Shown here: positions 39,149 to 53,074 of the stretch, one piece after another
How the letters are laid out: each line of letters starts with the position of its first letter
How positions within the stretch are numbered: the stretch's first letter is position 1
Assembly: GCA_964016885.1 (NCBI GenBank)
Contig: OZ024742.1
Location: 96,906,001 to 96,970,000 of the forward strand
Source: Eledone cirrhosa
Lineage: Eukaryota
Length of the DNA: 64,000 nucleotides
Direction of reading: 5' to 3'
Made by a program: the position numbers and the translations under genes
Notes under the pieces: generated by a model
Database searches by the model: none
What the model saw: only the letters and a program-made list of their open reading frames with translations
Told to the model about the DNA's origin: nothing

Positions 39149-39482
39149 GTTGATGTTGTTGTTGTTATTATGGGGTTGTTAAAATAAAGTACCAGTTACG
39201 CACTGGGGTCAATTTAATCGACTTTCCCCTCCCCCGAAATTGCTGACCTCGTGCCTATATAAAAACCATTATTATTATTACTATTATTACCAAGGAGGTG
39301 GATTGGCAGTATCGGTAGAGAGTCGGATGCCATGCATTGACGCATAGAGTTACGGTCCTTGCCATCTGAGTTCAAATCCCACCGAGGTTAACTTTGCCTT
39401 TCATCCTTACGGGGTCGATAAAATAAAGTACCAGTAAAGCACTGAGATAATTGCTGGTCTTGTGCCAAAAGTAGAAACAATT
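38927..39482 (+). mobile_element. Tandem cluster of SINE family A copies (38927-39118, 39171-39270, 39292-39482)
   Basis: Three consensus matches separated by (TTA)n tails. Confidence 0.9.
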
Positions 39483-39566
39483 ATTATTATTACTGTTATT
39501 ATTTTCGCCTTGTGCCTGAAGTAGAAACAGTATATATATAAAGTAGAAACAATTATATATATGAAT

Positions 39567-39943
39567 GGAGGCACATGGCTTAGTAGTTAGAGCAAATGGA
39601 GGCACATGGCCTAGTGGTTAGAGCATTGGCCTTGCAATCGATAAGTTGTGAGTTCAATTCTCAGACCGGGTGATGTGTTGTTTCCTTGAGCAAGACACTT
39701 TATTTCACATTGCTCCAGTTTACTCAGCTGTAGAAATGAGATGATAGGGACTGGGGTCCCTATCATTCCACTGCAAAGTGGTCGTGTAGGTGCCACGGCA
39801 AAAAAGCACCCAGCACTCACTGTAAATGAGGTTGGTGTTAGGAAGGGCATCCAGCTGTAGAAATCAAGCCAGAATCAGTTCCCGTCCCACCCTTGCAAGC
39901 AGGGAAAAGCGAATGTAAAATGATGATGATGATGATGATGATG
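39567..39943 (+). mobile_element. SINE family B with a duplicated 5' head
   Basis: ggaggcacatggcttagtagttagagca at 39567, then the full copy from 39598 to the (ATG)n tail. Confidence 0.9.
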
Positions 39944-40015
39944 CATTAATTATGACAACAATGTCATGGGACTAACACTATCACCACCACCACTACTACT
40001 ACTACTACTACAAAT

Positions 40016-40315
40016 ACTCTTATCACTACTGTTATTGATAAAATACATCCTCACCAAATAGCAGCTGTCAGAGGAAACAACTTCTGATGCCTTCATTTGA
40101 GGTCTTCCTGCGACCAGGAAGTATTTCACTGAAAAACTTCTTTCAATAGAAATAAAAGCTGAATATTAATTCCATGTTAGCCAAAAAGATAAAGATATAA
40201 AAATAACAAATATATCATTTCCTATTTTTTCCTAAACGCCATTCAGGTTTTTTTTTCTTTTTTTACTACTGTATATCCTCCAACACTTCCTTACACCTCT
40301 TCTATATTTTTAGTT
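40016..40315. repeat. Local duplication of about 300 bp (copy 1), containing an exon-like cassette at 40055-40128 (minus)
   Basis: Near-identical to 42227-42525; diverged third copy at about 49950-50060. Confidence 0.92.
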
Positions 40316-41449
40316 GTTATTTTATAAATAGTGTTTTTGTTTTGTTTATTTCCCCAATAGTATTATATTAGTAGAGCAAAATATGCTCTTGTTGTTGCAA
40401 ATTAATGACTAGATATATGATATTTAGTTTATTCATACACACAGTCACCCACATATCATCATCATCTTATGTCTGCTTTTCCATACCTGCATTGGTTGGA
40501 TGGGTTTTTGTCAGCACAGCATCTCTTCACTCATTGTGCTCCTTTGCCATCTTTACTGTGTATTTCAGAATATCTGCCCAGGTCTTCCTTGGTCATCCTT
40601 TACTGCAGGTTCCTGCCACTGTGATTCCTTGCTACTTCTTCACCAGCTATCATCATATACACCTAACCCATGCTAACATGAAAAATGGATGTTAAACGAT
40701 GATGATATATATATACATATATATATTACTGAACTTACTCCCTGTTGCTTGCTACTCTGATATTCATAGGCTGTTGCTTGTCACACAAACTCAGGGTATC
40801 AACAGTGAGTAATCTCAGTAATATAATATATGTATAATATTATTCTTGCATTTGTTATTGCGATATATATTTTCATATATGTGTTTATAAATATATATAA
40901 GAAAAAAACAATGAAGTTTTGTTTACCTTTTATATTTTTATTCATTATCAACCTGTTAAATGTGTTTCAAAGATGATTGGCTCAAGGTTACCTATAGTAG
41001 CTATGTATCCAACTCAAGCATCAATCTGCTTGTCCACCTTGGTATTTAACATAAAACAGATTAGTGTTATTAGGGCTGACCCAATCGTAAGTAATTCTAG
41101 AGTTTTTCCAATGACTGACTAGTTTCTCAGATATTTATATATATAAAAATGAAAATCATTGGCTCGAAAATCAAAGTGAGTTGTCTTACAAATGTGGTCC
41201 TCTCACTTTATGCAAAACTACAAGCTTGTTTGGAAGCTGATGAGAATAGGTTCATGAATGCATGAATTTGTATCATCGATAACACAAATTTGTCTTATCA
41301 CTATCTATGTTTCATCTGCATATCACCTACCTCACAGCTTTGCTCTTCTCTTCACCAATGACTGGTCACTGATTTTTGTCCTTTGAGGTATTTTTACCCA
41401 TTGTTTTCTCCTCATTTCTATAAATATAACGACGATGAATTAGTTTTGC

Positions 41450-41785
41450 AAACGCATGCACAAAGAAGACAAAATAAAATAAACAAATAAATAAATATAT
41501 AAACAGACTAAATAAAGATGGTGTAGAAAATACAATGCAATGGGAGGAAACAATGGCACCACTGACGATTTTGCAGATGTGCAACGAAAGAACTTTGATA
41601 AACTATATATATGTGTTTGTGTCTATATTGTATCTGTATTTTTGACCATTGGTCAGTCAATAGCAACATTGAGGACCGAATAAATTAGATTACCAATATA
41701 AAAGGCACAGAAGCGAAAACCGACCAAACAGTGAGTCTGTTCTGTTATTAATTCTGGCAATATTACACAAATATGACCCTCCCAT
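41450..41785 (+). mobile_element. Solo Penelope pseudo-LTR with HHR at 41558-41599
   Basis: Near-identical to 23290-23636, including ACCA-CTGACGA...TGCAAC-GAAA-GAACTT. Confidence 0.85.
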
Positions 41786-42226
41786 CTATAAATATATATA
41801 TTTATATATTCTCCTCCTCATCATCATCATCGTTTGAGAGAGAGAGAAAGAGAGAGAGAATCATAGCCAATGCAGCTTGGTTGAGGATGATTTTCAGTCA
41901 AGGTTTTATGGGACCACTTGTGACAGTATAGACCAATATGGGAACAGTATGTCCAAGTACAGACCAGGCATATATTCGCTTGCTTGAAAAGAAGTGGCAT
42001 GTTGGTCACTTTGCTCTGTTTTCTATCTACTACTACTACTACTACTACTACTACTGCTACTGCTGCTATTGCTACTACTACTACTATCAGCACTATCATT
42101 ACTACCATCACTACAACTATTAATGCGATCTCTACCACCACCACTAACATAGCAACTATTTCTATTACTACTGCAACTACCACCACAACCAACACAATCA
42201 CTACTACTACTACTACTACTACAATT

Positions 42227-42525
42227 ACTCTTATCACTACTGTTATTGATAAAATACATCCTCACCAAATAGCAGCTGTCAGAGGAAACAACTTCTGATG
42301 CCTTCATTTGGTGTCTTCCTGCGACCAGGAAGTATTTTACTGAAAAACTTCTTTCAATAGAAATAAAAGCTGAATATTAATTCCATGTTAGCCAAAAAGA
42401 TAAAGATATAAAAATAACAAATATATCATTTCCTATTTTTTCCTAAACGCCATTCAGGTTTTTTTTTCTTTTTTACTACTGAGTATCTTCCAACACTTCC
42501 TTACACCTCTTCTATATTTTTAGTT
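42227..42525. repeat. Local duplication copy 2, with exon-like cassette at 42266-42339 (minus)
   Basis: Near-identical to 40016-40315 and preceded by a longer (ACT)n tract. Confidence 0.92.
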
Positions 42526-43049
42526 TTTGTTTTTGTTTTTGTTTTTATTGTTTTTCTTCTCATATTAGATGTATTAGTTTGGGAGCAAAATATATCCTTG
42601 CAGTTAGCAAAGGATAACTAAGTGTATAGTATTTTGTTCATATATGCATATAAATATATATATATAAATATATAACTAAATATACTAAATATATATATAT
42701 ATATATGTGTCTGTTTGTGTGTTTCTTTATGTATGAATATAGATGGGTGTTTGTTTGTGTTTGTGAGTTAGTGTTTGTTTATCTGTGTATGTATATAAAT
42801 TGTGTGTCTGTGCATGTGTCTGTGCATGAATATCATTTCATCTGTTTATACATATGTACACACACATATACATTGTAATGATACAAACTGTTAACAATTG
42901 TTTCTGTAAAGATACAAAATGTCATGTCTCTCATAGTATGACATGATTCAGATATGTTTACAGATTTTGTGAAATTAACAAAATTATTCTCATTATAGAT
43001 ATTAGGTTATTATAAAAACAGTGCCAGGCTTGCTCAGAACAGATACCAT

Positions 43050-43193
43050 TATCCAGCATAGTTACGTCCCTTTACGATCTGAGCTCAAATCCCGCCGCGG
43101 TTGACTTTGCCGTTCATCCTTATGGGGTCGATAAATTAAAGTACCAGTAATGCACTGGGTAATTGCTGGCCTTGTGCCTAAAGTAGAAACAAT
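43050..43193 (+). mobile_element. SINE family A, 5'-truncated
   Basis: Family consensus match. Confidence 0.85.
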
Positions 43194-44012
43194 TAGTAGA
43201 AACACTGAGCTCAAATAATGCAAAACTGAGAGTATTAACATGCAAAAGGGTTGGGTCAGTGGAGAAAAAAGAGAAAAACCTAGGATAGAAAGGTATAAGG
43301 TCGCACATTTTAAGTGTAATTCTTAAAAATTTTAAACATACGCACACATACACACGCACATATAAACATATATTACTCTTTAATTATTTTACAGATTCTG
43401 GGGGCTCTGCCATAGAGATTTAATTGATCATAAGAATCCCAGTCCTTATTGGTTGAAGTCTGGTACTTATATTTTTGATCACTTTTTGCCAAGTTGCTAA
43501 GATACGGGGCAAACACAGACACACATACACACATATACACATATATACATACCTCTTAACCACTATACTACTCCTTCCATACACCTCCCATGCTCCCAAA
43601 CTCACCTATTCATTTCTCTTCACACCACCCTTACACTGTAAAGTTGGTATCACAACATAAAGCAACCAGTACACACTGTAAATGTGGCTGACGTTATAAA
43701 GGGCCATAGAAATCAAGCCCAAATCAGCACTCTATGAGCAAGACATGGTCATCATATCTAGCTTGTGATACAACGGAACCATTTGTCAAAACCCTGCTGG
43801 CATGGAAAAATAGAAGTTAAACAGTAATGATGATGATACAATATGCCTTGACTCAATTTCCCTCAATGAAACTTCACTCACAAAGCATTGGTCAAGTCAA
43901 GACTGTTAAAGAAGACACTTGCCCAAATTGCCACATATTGGGCTTGAATAAAATATCACTTCGTTGTAATGGGAATTCCTTAAACACATAGAGATACCTG
44001 CAATTAAATATA

Positions 44013-44327
44013 TAGACCGGGTGATGTGTTGTTTCCTTGAGCAAGACACTTTATTTCACATTGCTCCAGTTTACTCAGCTGTAGAAATGAGATGATAGGG
44101 ACTGGGGTCCATATCATTCCACTGTAGAGTGGTCGTGGAGGTGCCACGGCAAAAAAGCACCCAGCCCACACTGTAAAGTGGACGTGTAGGCGCCACGGAA
44201 AAAAAGCACCCAGCAATCACTGTAAATGAGGTTGGTGTTAGGAAGGGTATCCAGCTGTAGAAATCAAGCCAGAATCAGTTCCTTGCAAGCAGGGAAAAGC
44301 GGACGTAAAATGAAATGATGATGATGA
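44013..44327 (+). mobile_element. SINE family B, 5'-truncated, with the tail subrepeat present twice
   Basis: Starts at tagaccgggtgatg. gccacgg..aaaaagcacccagc..cactgtaaa occurs twice, as in the RTE 3' UTR. Confidence 0.88.
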
Positions 44328-44344
44328 TATATACATTCTCGCTC

Positions 44345-44780
44345 ACTCACAAGTCGAGTTTCCTCGATCCAATGAACAGTACTCTTTCCAATTGTCTTGA
44401 TCTAGCATTATCACTCCAAGTTCCATTAAATTTCCTCTCATGCTAGCATATAGCATATCCAGATACATTGTTGTAGGGCACCTGCTACTTCTATGACAGT
44501 GCACAAGCTTCCTTAAAAGAATACAGCTGACACACTCATTCCTTGCCCTGTAGCAATGTCCCACAAAACATATCCTTATTAGACGAAGAATATCCAATAG
44601 GAAAACTATCAGCTAGAATTCTCCATTTGTGCCTCTCTGTGGCCAAGATATGTTCAAAGAGTGTCTCACGAGTCTCATGTAACATACATTTAGTCTTACG
44701 CAATGGGCTTCCACTCAGATTCTATCTATCAAATTCCACATATAAGGCTTTGGTTAAGTCATAACTTTAGTAGATGCCAT
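44345..44780 (-). mobile_element. Decayed LINE (RTE-like) C-terminal remnant
   Basis: Minus strand AWHLL...LR.FVGHCYRA. Confidence 0.5.
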
Positions 44781-45094
44781 GCAGTGTATGAGAAATGAAC
44801 TCCTTAACCACACAGCCATAGATGTACCTACATATATTCATATATAAGCTCATGTTACTTTAGATTATTAATTTCTTCTCTTCTACTAAGGCACGATTTG
44901 CAGAGGGGGAGAGTGTATGACAAAGACATGCACAGAGACTGAGTGAGAGGGATTGAGAGACAAAAAAGTAAATCTAATACGCTAACAATCTCTAATTGAA
45001 GTAGGTTTTTTTTAAAGGCCCTGAAGTTCAGTAATTGGTATAATGTATTACAGATGCATTAGCTAATCATTAAGATAAAATGTTGCTGATCTAT

Positions 45095-45156
45095 TATAGA
45101 TATATACACATATATATATATATGTGTGTATATATATATATGTCTGTACATACATA

Positions 45157-45232
<76 letters not shown>

Positions 45233-45650
45233 TATATATATACATACATGTATATATACATGTATATATAGAGATAGATATATGTATACATATATACATG
45301 TATAAATATACATATATATTTGTAAAAATATACATATACATATATATAAAAATGTATATATATATATGTGTATATATATATATACATGCATAAATATACA
45401 CACATATATATATATATGTATATACATGTATAAATATACATATATATATAAATGTCTATATATATATATATGTCTATATATATATATGTGTGTGTGTGTG
45501 TATTTATATATATGTGTATGTGTGGGTGTGTATACATATTTATGTGTATGTGTGTATATATATATATATGTATATCTGTGTGTATACATATGTGTACATA
45601 TGTATGTGTGTATGTATGTATAGATATGTAAACATATATATATATATATA
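45095..45650. repeat. TA/TG/CA low-complexity tract
   Basis: Direct reading. Confidence 0.95.
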
Positions 45651-45783
45651 TTACTATTTATTTGATATAATTAATGACCTTAATATCAAATACGTTTATG
45701 TGAATCTATATTTTCTGTGTAGTTCTAAATCAGATAAGGTGTTACCAATGTAACTTATACCAATACATCCTACAACACTACTG

Positions 45784-45813
<30 letters not shown>

Positions 45814-45814
<1 letters not shown>

Positions 45815-48665
45815 CATCAGCATCATCATCATCACTGTTTTACGACCGTTCTTCCACACTAGCATGGGTTAGACGGGTTGTACTGTTGTGGGCAGTGTCC
45901 GTTCGGCCGACCTTGTCTTGCTAATATGGGAACTGATTCTGGCTTGATTTCTACAGCTGGATGCCCTTCCTAACACCAACCTCATTTACAGTGAGTGCTG
46001 GGTGCTTTTCTCCGTGGCGCCTACACGTCCACTTTACAGTGTGGGCTCGGTGCTTTTTTGCCGTGGCACTTCCACGACCATTTTGCAGTGGGAGGGTGTG
46101 GGAGCATATTGTCTATATGCTTCAGCTTCGGCTTGTACCCATGGGGGGTTGGGTCTTCTGTATTACTGTGTGACGCCAGAGGTCACGGTCGTGTGTCATC
46201 GTCTTTGAGAGGTGTAATTGGGTAAGGTCGGCTTTTATCACCTCATCCCAGGTCTTTTGTGTCTCCCCACTCCGCGGTTTCCATCGACTTCTACTGCTCT
46301 GCACCTTTTTATGCAGCTGTCATCCTTCATACGCATCACATGTCCATACCAACGCAAGGGTACCTCCTGCACACAGCATTTGATTCCTCTTATGCTCAGT
46401 CTCTCTCTCAATTCATTTATGCTTTGCCGTTCGCATATATTATTATTACACATCCATCAGTGCATGCAGGCTTCGTTTCTTTCTAATCTACGCAAGTCTT
46501 CCATAGATAGCGCCCAGGAGACACTACCATGTAACATTGTTGTCGCATGCATCATACTGTCTGCATTTCATTTTAAGGGAAAAGCCTTTTGCAGCTAGCA
46601 GTGGCAGTAGCTCCCTGAACTTCTTCCATCCCGTTCATACCCTAGTTATTGTACTTTCCGAACACCCACGTACGCTGCTAATTCGGTCACCTAGGTAGCA
46701 GAAGCTGTCTACTGTTTCTACAGAGCCCTCCCAGAGTTTGGTGGTACTTGTTTCCTGTGGCTGTTTGCTGCTTGCTGTCCCAGTACAGCTGCTTCATGTG
46801 AAGCCTACATTCTTAGTTAAGCTTCCTGAGATCCAAATACTTGTGTACCCATTGTTTGCATTTGGGGGAGAGAATGGAGTTCCTACCTACACCTTTCCTA
46901 CATACTGAGCAAGGCCATTTCCCTGAGAGGATCTGGGTTCTGTTTTCTCGTCTACTTACAAGGACCTTAGTCTTTGTCAGGTTGACTTTGAGACCCTTTC
47001 TTTCTAGTCCTTGCTTCCAAGTTTGGAATTTCTTCTCTAGTTCTACCATAGATTCAGCTATAAGTGCGAGGTCATCTGCATACAGGAGTTCCCATGGGCA
47101 TCCGGTCTTAAACTCCTCCGTTATTGCCTGCAGGACTATGATGAACAGGAGAGGGCTAAGAACAGAGCCCTGGTGGACACCGACCTGTACTCTAAATTCC
47201 TTGCTATATTCATTGCTAATCCTAACTTTGCTGACTGCTCCCCTATACATGGCTTGTACCACTTTCACAAGCCATTCATCTACTCCTAGTTTTCTAAGAG
47301 CCACCAGATTATAGCACGGAGAACTCTGTCAAAGGCTTTCTTGAGTTCGACAAATGCCAGGTAGAGTGGCTTACTTTTAGCTAGGCACTTTTCCTGTAAC
47401 TGCCTCACAAGGAAGAGGGCATCAGTGGTGCCTCTTCCTGGCACAAACCCAAATTGCATCTCATCTAGTTTCACCCAGTCCCTAATCAACTGTGCTATAA
47501 CTCTTTCTGTTACTTTCATGACCTGGTCCATCAGCTTTATACCTCTATAGTTTCCTCTATCTAGTGGATCACTTTTATCTTTGTAGCAGTTGACAATGAA
47601 GCTACTGCACCAATCCTTTGGTATGACACCTTCTAGTATTACCTGGTTAACAATACGTGTGGTTATAGTGTGACCTACAGACCCAGTTGCCTTCAGCATC
47701 TCGGCAGCTATTCCCGATGGACCGGTTGCCGCCTCCGTCTTCATATCTTTGATTGCCTTACTTACTACGCTGCTACTGACTTGTACTGCTGGCCCCTCTA
47801 TAGGGTCTACTTGGGATAGGGTCTCTTCTTCCCATGCATTCTCCTCATTTAGTAATCTATCATAATGGCTCTTCCATGCATCTTTCTTCTCAGCACTTGT
47901 GAGGGCAAGCTCACCTTTATCATTCCAGATACACTTCTCTCCAATGATATCACAATTCTCTCTGACACACTGCCTCACAATCTTGAAAACCTCCTGTTTC
48001 TGGTCCTCACGTTGCAAAACATGCTTGAATGTTCTATCCTCTGCTTCCCTCCTAGCTAAGTATATTTGTCGCCTAGCTTCTCTCGTGGTCTCTATGTAAT
48101 GTATCCTGCTTCCCCCGTTCTTCCATTCTTTCCATGCCTGTCTCTTGGCCTTAACTGCCTCATCTACCTTATTGTTCCACCACCAAGTCACTCTCCTCCT
48201 GCCTGTAGTCTTACTCCAGCCACAGATCTCATCTGTCGCCTTTAGTAAGTTATTTTTTATGAACTCCCAGTGCTCTTCCACATTGAATGTCTCTATCTGT
48301 TCTTCTTTACTGTCATAGGTGTTGAGTAAAATATCTTTAAATCTGTTACTGGCTGAGGGGTCTTTCAGCTTCCAGATCTTTCTTCTCCAGGTTGGCTTCT
48401 GTTTCCAGGTTCGTCTAGTTCTGACTGTGAGGTCACTGACAACTAAGCTATGTTGGCAGGTACACTCCCCACTAGGGAAGGCTTTTGTGTTTACGACCGT
48501 CCATCTTTCATGTCCTCTGATGAGGATAAAATCTATCTGACTAGAATGCCTCCCTGATCTATAGGTGATCAGGTGGTTCTCGTGTTTTTTGAAGTTTGTG
48601 TTACATATCGACATGTCATTGGCGTCGCAGAATTCTAGAAACCTGAGTCCTTCTTCATTTCTTGT
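45814..48665 (-). mobile_element. RTE-clade LINE, 5'-truncated, with end of APE, RT, 3' UTR and (ATG)n tail; frameshift and stops
   Basis: SQIDFIL, NYRGIKLM, MQFGFVPGRGTTDA, AFDRV, GVHQGSVLSPLLF, LLYADDLAL, KVNLTKTK, CSVC...CKQWVH, LRWYGHVMR. Frameshift near 47290, stop at 46813. Confidence 0.96.
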
Positions 48666-48785
48666 GCTATATATATATATACATATGTGGGTGTGCATTT
48701 CTCCCCCTCTCTCGCTCTCTCTTTCTCTCTCTCTCTCTCTAGCTCTCTCTCACACACACATGTGCACACACTCTTTCAGCTAAAA

Positions 48786-48866
48786 TTTCCTTGTCAATCC
48801 TTTATTTCCTTGTCAATCCTTTATTTCCTTGTCAATCCTTTATTTCCTTGTCAATCCTTTATTTCA
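48786..48866. repeat. 20-bp tandem repeat, about 4 copies
   Basis: (ATTTCCTTGTCAATCCTTT-like unit) repeated four times. Confidence 0.9.
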
Positions 48867-49123
48867 AGAGTATACTCAGTCTGAATCATATCATGTATCA
48901 AATATTACCCTGATTTGTGGTCCTCCTGTACCATAAATTCTCAATATACACACTAACACATATACACAGTCACCCCACCCAACTTGCTTCAAATGAGACA
49001 AACCTGTCTAACCCATGCTAGCATGGAAGATAGATGTTAAACGATGATGATGATGATATATAAACCTATATAGAATAACTTATTCAAAGTTAGTTATATT
49101 CAGATTACTAGTAGAGTGATGTA

Positions 49124-49632
49124 AAACAAACTTGCTCCACTAACAATCTTGGCATTAGTGCAGTTTCCACTGATAAGAAAATATTGGTCATTCCATTACA
49201 TAAAATAAATTGAACCAGCATTGAAGAACTCAGCTTTCGTCAGGTGGAATTCTCTGAAAGTATAAATCAATATTTACTTATTATTTAACGGTTATAACGT
49301 GTTTGTGATGAGTATGAATACTGCTAGATGTAGCAGATATATATCATGTCTAACTCTATAATAAAGGAATAGCAAATACTTATATTATATTTGTCACAGT
49401 CTTGATCTACAAATATTTACTTGGTTGCTTAATCTACCCATGCGTGTTAACTTACACCATACTGATAGAGCAGTTGATGTCCTCCATTCACTAACAGGTG
49501 AATGTTAATTTATACTTTCAAAAGATGCCATCTGATGAAGCTGAGCTCTTCAATGTTGCTTCGCTTTATTTTATGTAATGGAATAGCCAATACTGTCTTT
49601 TTAGTGGAAACTGCTGTAATAGCGAGTTTGTT
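49124..49632. repeat. Old inverted repeat with an HHR-like motif in each arm (plus-strand motif 49528-49622)
   Basis: CCAT-CTGATGA-AGCTGAG...GTG-GAAAC-TGCT-GTA-ATAG, mirrored by tcgtcaggtgg and gtttccac at 49160-49246. Confidence 0.65.
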
Positions 49633-51229
49633 GGTGGAACAGGCTTCATCATATCATGGCACAAACAGCACTATCACTTTAGAAACTATTCTGAGTGCAT
49701 TCTTGTTTTAGTTTAAGGTTTATGAGAACATAATTTCAAAAGCTAAACTATGGATCTCTGTTCAGGCCAAGTATTGTTGAATCCTTTTCAAATTGATTCT
49801 GTTGTATATAAAAACTTCTGTCAAATTACCATATACAAAGCATACAACCATTATTATTACTGGCACCACCACTACCACTACTACAAAGGTACTACCACCA
49901 ACAACATCACTGTTATTACCTCCACTACCACAAACCACAACCAACACTACTAATACTGTGACTGTTAACGATAAAAAATCTCAACAAATAACAGTTGTAA
50001 GGAGAAGCAGATTCTGATGATTTCATTTAGTGTCTTCTTGAGACCAAGAATTATTTCAGTTAAAAGCATAACTCAGCAAAATCAGCATTCCAAAGTCCCA
50101 ATCAGAAAATATTGTAGCCTCCTGTCCCTCAAAATAATTTCTGATGGTGTTACTATTAAAACAGCTAAGAAACCTCCTATGGATTGCAACATTAGAAGAT
50201 GGCTTCACAGACATTTTTCATTTCTTTTTGTTTGATGTTTAGTCAGAAAAGAAAGGTAGATGATAATGACTCAATTGTGGGTCTCTGAGACTAGTAAGAG
50301 GGGAGGAAAGGGAAAGTTATCATCAAATGGAGACATGGCCCAAATGATTATAACAGAGTACGCTTTAATAAGGGTTCCCAATGGCCAGGAAGGGGTATTA
50401 AATTGGGTGATCAATTAACATTTAATACCAACTCACCAAAAACTGGCTATAGTTCTATAAAACAAAACTATCGATCTTAAACTGATCCAATTTAAATCAA
50501 ATCTCCTAACATAATTTTATATTTTAAGTTACCTAATAATTTCAGTAAATTCCTCAAATTTCTTCATTAATTAAGTGAAATAGTGTCTAATATATTTCAT
50601 CAGAAATACAGTAAGGAAAATGATACATCAAACATGCAAGTAAGACATATTTAGATATGAACTCAGAACTTAAAGAGTTGGAACCAACTAAATCATGGAA
50701 TTTCATCTCGTACTCTAACAATTCTGACAATATACCATACTGTATTGGTACTTTATTTTTGTTGACCTCAACAAATCTCCTCCTGAAAGGATAGACAATA
50801 AATAATCTTCGACTAGATGGAATCTGAACTCTGACTAGATGGAATCTGAACTAGATGGAGTGACTCTACCAATTTGCTACATGAAATACAACACCACCAA
50901 CAACAATAAATGTTCCTGCAGGTATCAAGTAGTAATGCTAGTGCACTGACTAGTGAAATTGGTGGAGAAAGGATAATTGGAAGAAGGAATGGGAATGGTG
51001 CATTCTTTGATTCATTGAAACTACTCTACTAGATAAATGATTGTATATTTTATTATTTTATTATTTCACTCTTTTATTTAGTTCCAGTAATTGGACTGTG
51101 GCCATGCAGCAGCACTGCCTTCAGGTAGATAACAGCTACTTCATTTTAAAAGTTAAATTTTCTTCTAAGCAAAAAAAGAAAAATAATAAATGCACATGAA
51201 TATACATATGCACACAGCTAAACAACTCA

Positions 51230-51264
<35 letters not shown>

Positions 51265-51299
51265 TCTGTATGCACACACACACACACACACATCTGTAT

Positions 51300-51375
<76 letters not shown>

Positions 51376-51378
51376 ATG

Positions 51379-51442
<64 letters not shown>

Positions 51443-51840
51443 GGGGGGGAGATTTGTACATGCATATATATTCATGTATATATACATATATGGGATGGTG
51501 CATGAATATATGTATAACTATATCTGATACATATATTGATACACAAATAAATATAATTATAAACAAATCACTGGGGGAAATTACACAGATGAAAATATTC
51601 ATAAGCACACACATATTTCTATGTGAGTGTGTAGATGTATGCAGGTGTTGTAGAATATGTATGTTTGATACATGTACACAAACACTGATATACCCATCGA
51701 TGTATGGATATTCGTACTTAAATACATACAATAACAGACTTAAATACTCACATGTCTGCAAACCAGTTACCCAGACACAGGTTCACAAATACATCCATAT
51801 ATACAGACAGATATTGCAGTTTATTCATACACCCATTATA

Positions 51841-51925
<85 letters not shown>

Positions 51926-52253
51926 GTATATATATATATATATGTATATATATATGTATATGTATATATATATATGTATATATATATATGTATGTATTTG
52001 TATATATATATATATGTATATATGTATATGTATTTATATGTATACGTATGTATATGTATTTATATGTATATGTATGTATATGTATATATATGAGTATATG
52101 TATATATATATGTATATGTATATATATATGTATATATCTTTATATGTATATATATGTATATATATTTATATGTAATATATATATATATGTATATATATAT
52201 GTATATATCTTTATATGTATATATATGTATATATATTTATATGTATATATATG

Positions 52254-52320
<67 letters not shown>

Positions 52321-52341
52321 GTGTGTGTGTATATATGTATA

Positions 52342-52382
<41 letters not shown>

Positions 52383-52470
52383 ATATAAGTATATATATAT
52401 AAGTATATATACATATAAATATATATATATATGTATATATAGGTCTATGTATATATATAGTTTTATATAT
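51230..52470. repeat. Long TA/TG-rich simple-repeat region
   Basis: Direct reading. The 353-aa ORF here is a YI-repeat artefact. Confidence 0.95.
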
Positions 52471-52874
52471 GTCAAACAGGAAAAGAAGAAGAAAAATAGA
52501 AAAAAAAATAGCTAATAAGATAAGTGTACTCCAATAAGATGGTTTGCCCTGGAAACTAAACAAGAGTCCATTGTATAAAGCAGCAGGATAAGTAGGAACA
52601 GAGAAGAAAGACAGAGAGAGAGATACTGAATGATGTAGAGTAAAAAAAAAATGGAGGAAATCTAATTTGATGTTATATAAGTTATCAGACAGAGAAAACA
52701 TTAGCGGCCACTAACGAAGTAATTAACAATGTGATTAACAGTGCAGAAAACTAATCAAGAATAGTTGCCTTTATGCACAACTTATAACAAGATGATAATG
52801 CTTCGTAAACATTGAAACGAGTGGTGATGCTGATGATGAATGAGCTGAGTCGAGGGAAGAAATAGGACATGCTG

Positions 52875-52940
52875 AATAATGAAATAATTAATAATAACAA
52901 TAATATCAACAATGGCAATGAGGATAAAAATGATAACAAA

Positions 52941-52989
<49 letters not shown>

Positions 52990-53039
52990 TTAATAATAGA
53001 AAAGAAAGAAAAATGAAAAAAAGAGGGAATGAAGCAGAC

Positions 53040-53074
<35 letters not shown>

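Noticed and set aside
51454-52515. 353-aa ORF and the many [12 protein letters not shown] and RERE ORFs across the window
   Set aside because: Translations of dinucleotide microsatellites that happen to lack stops.
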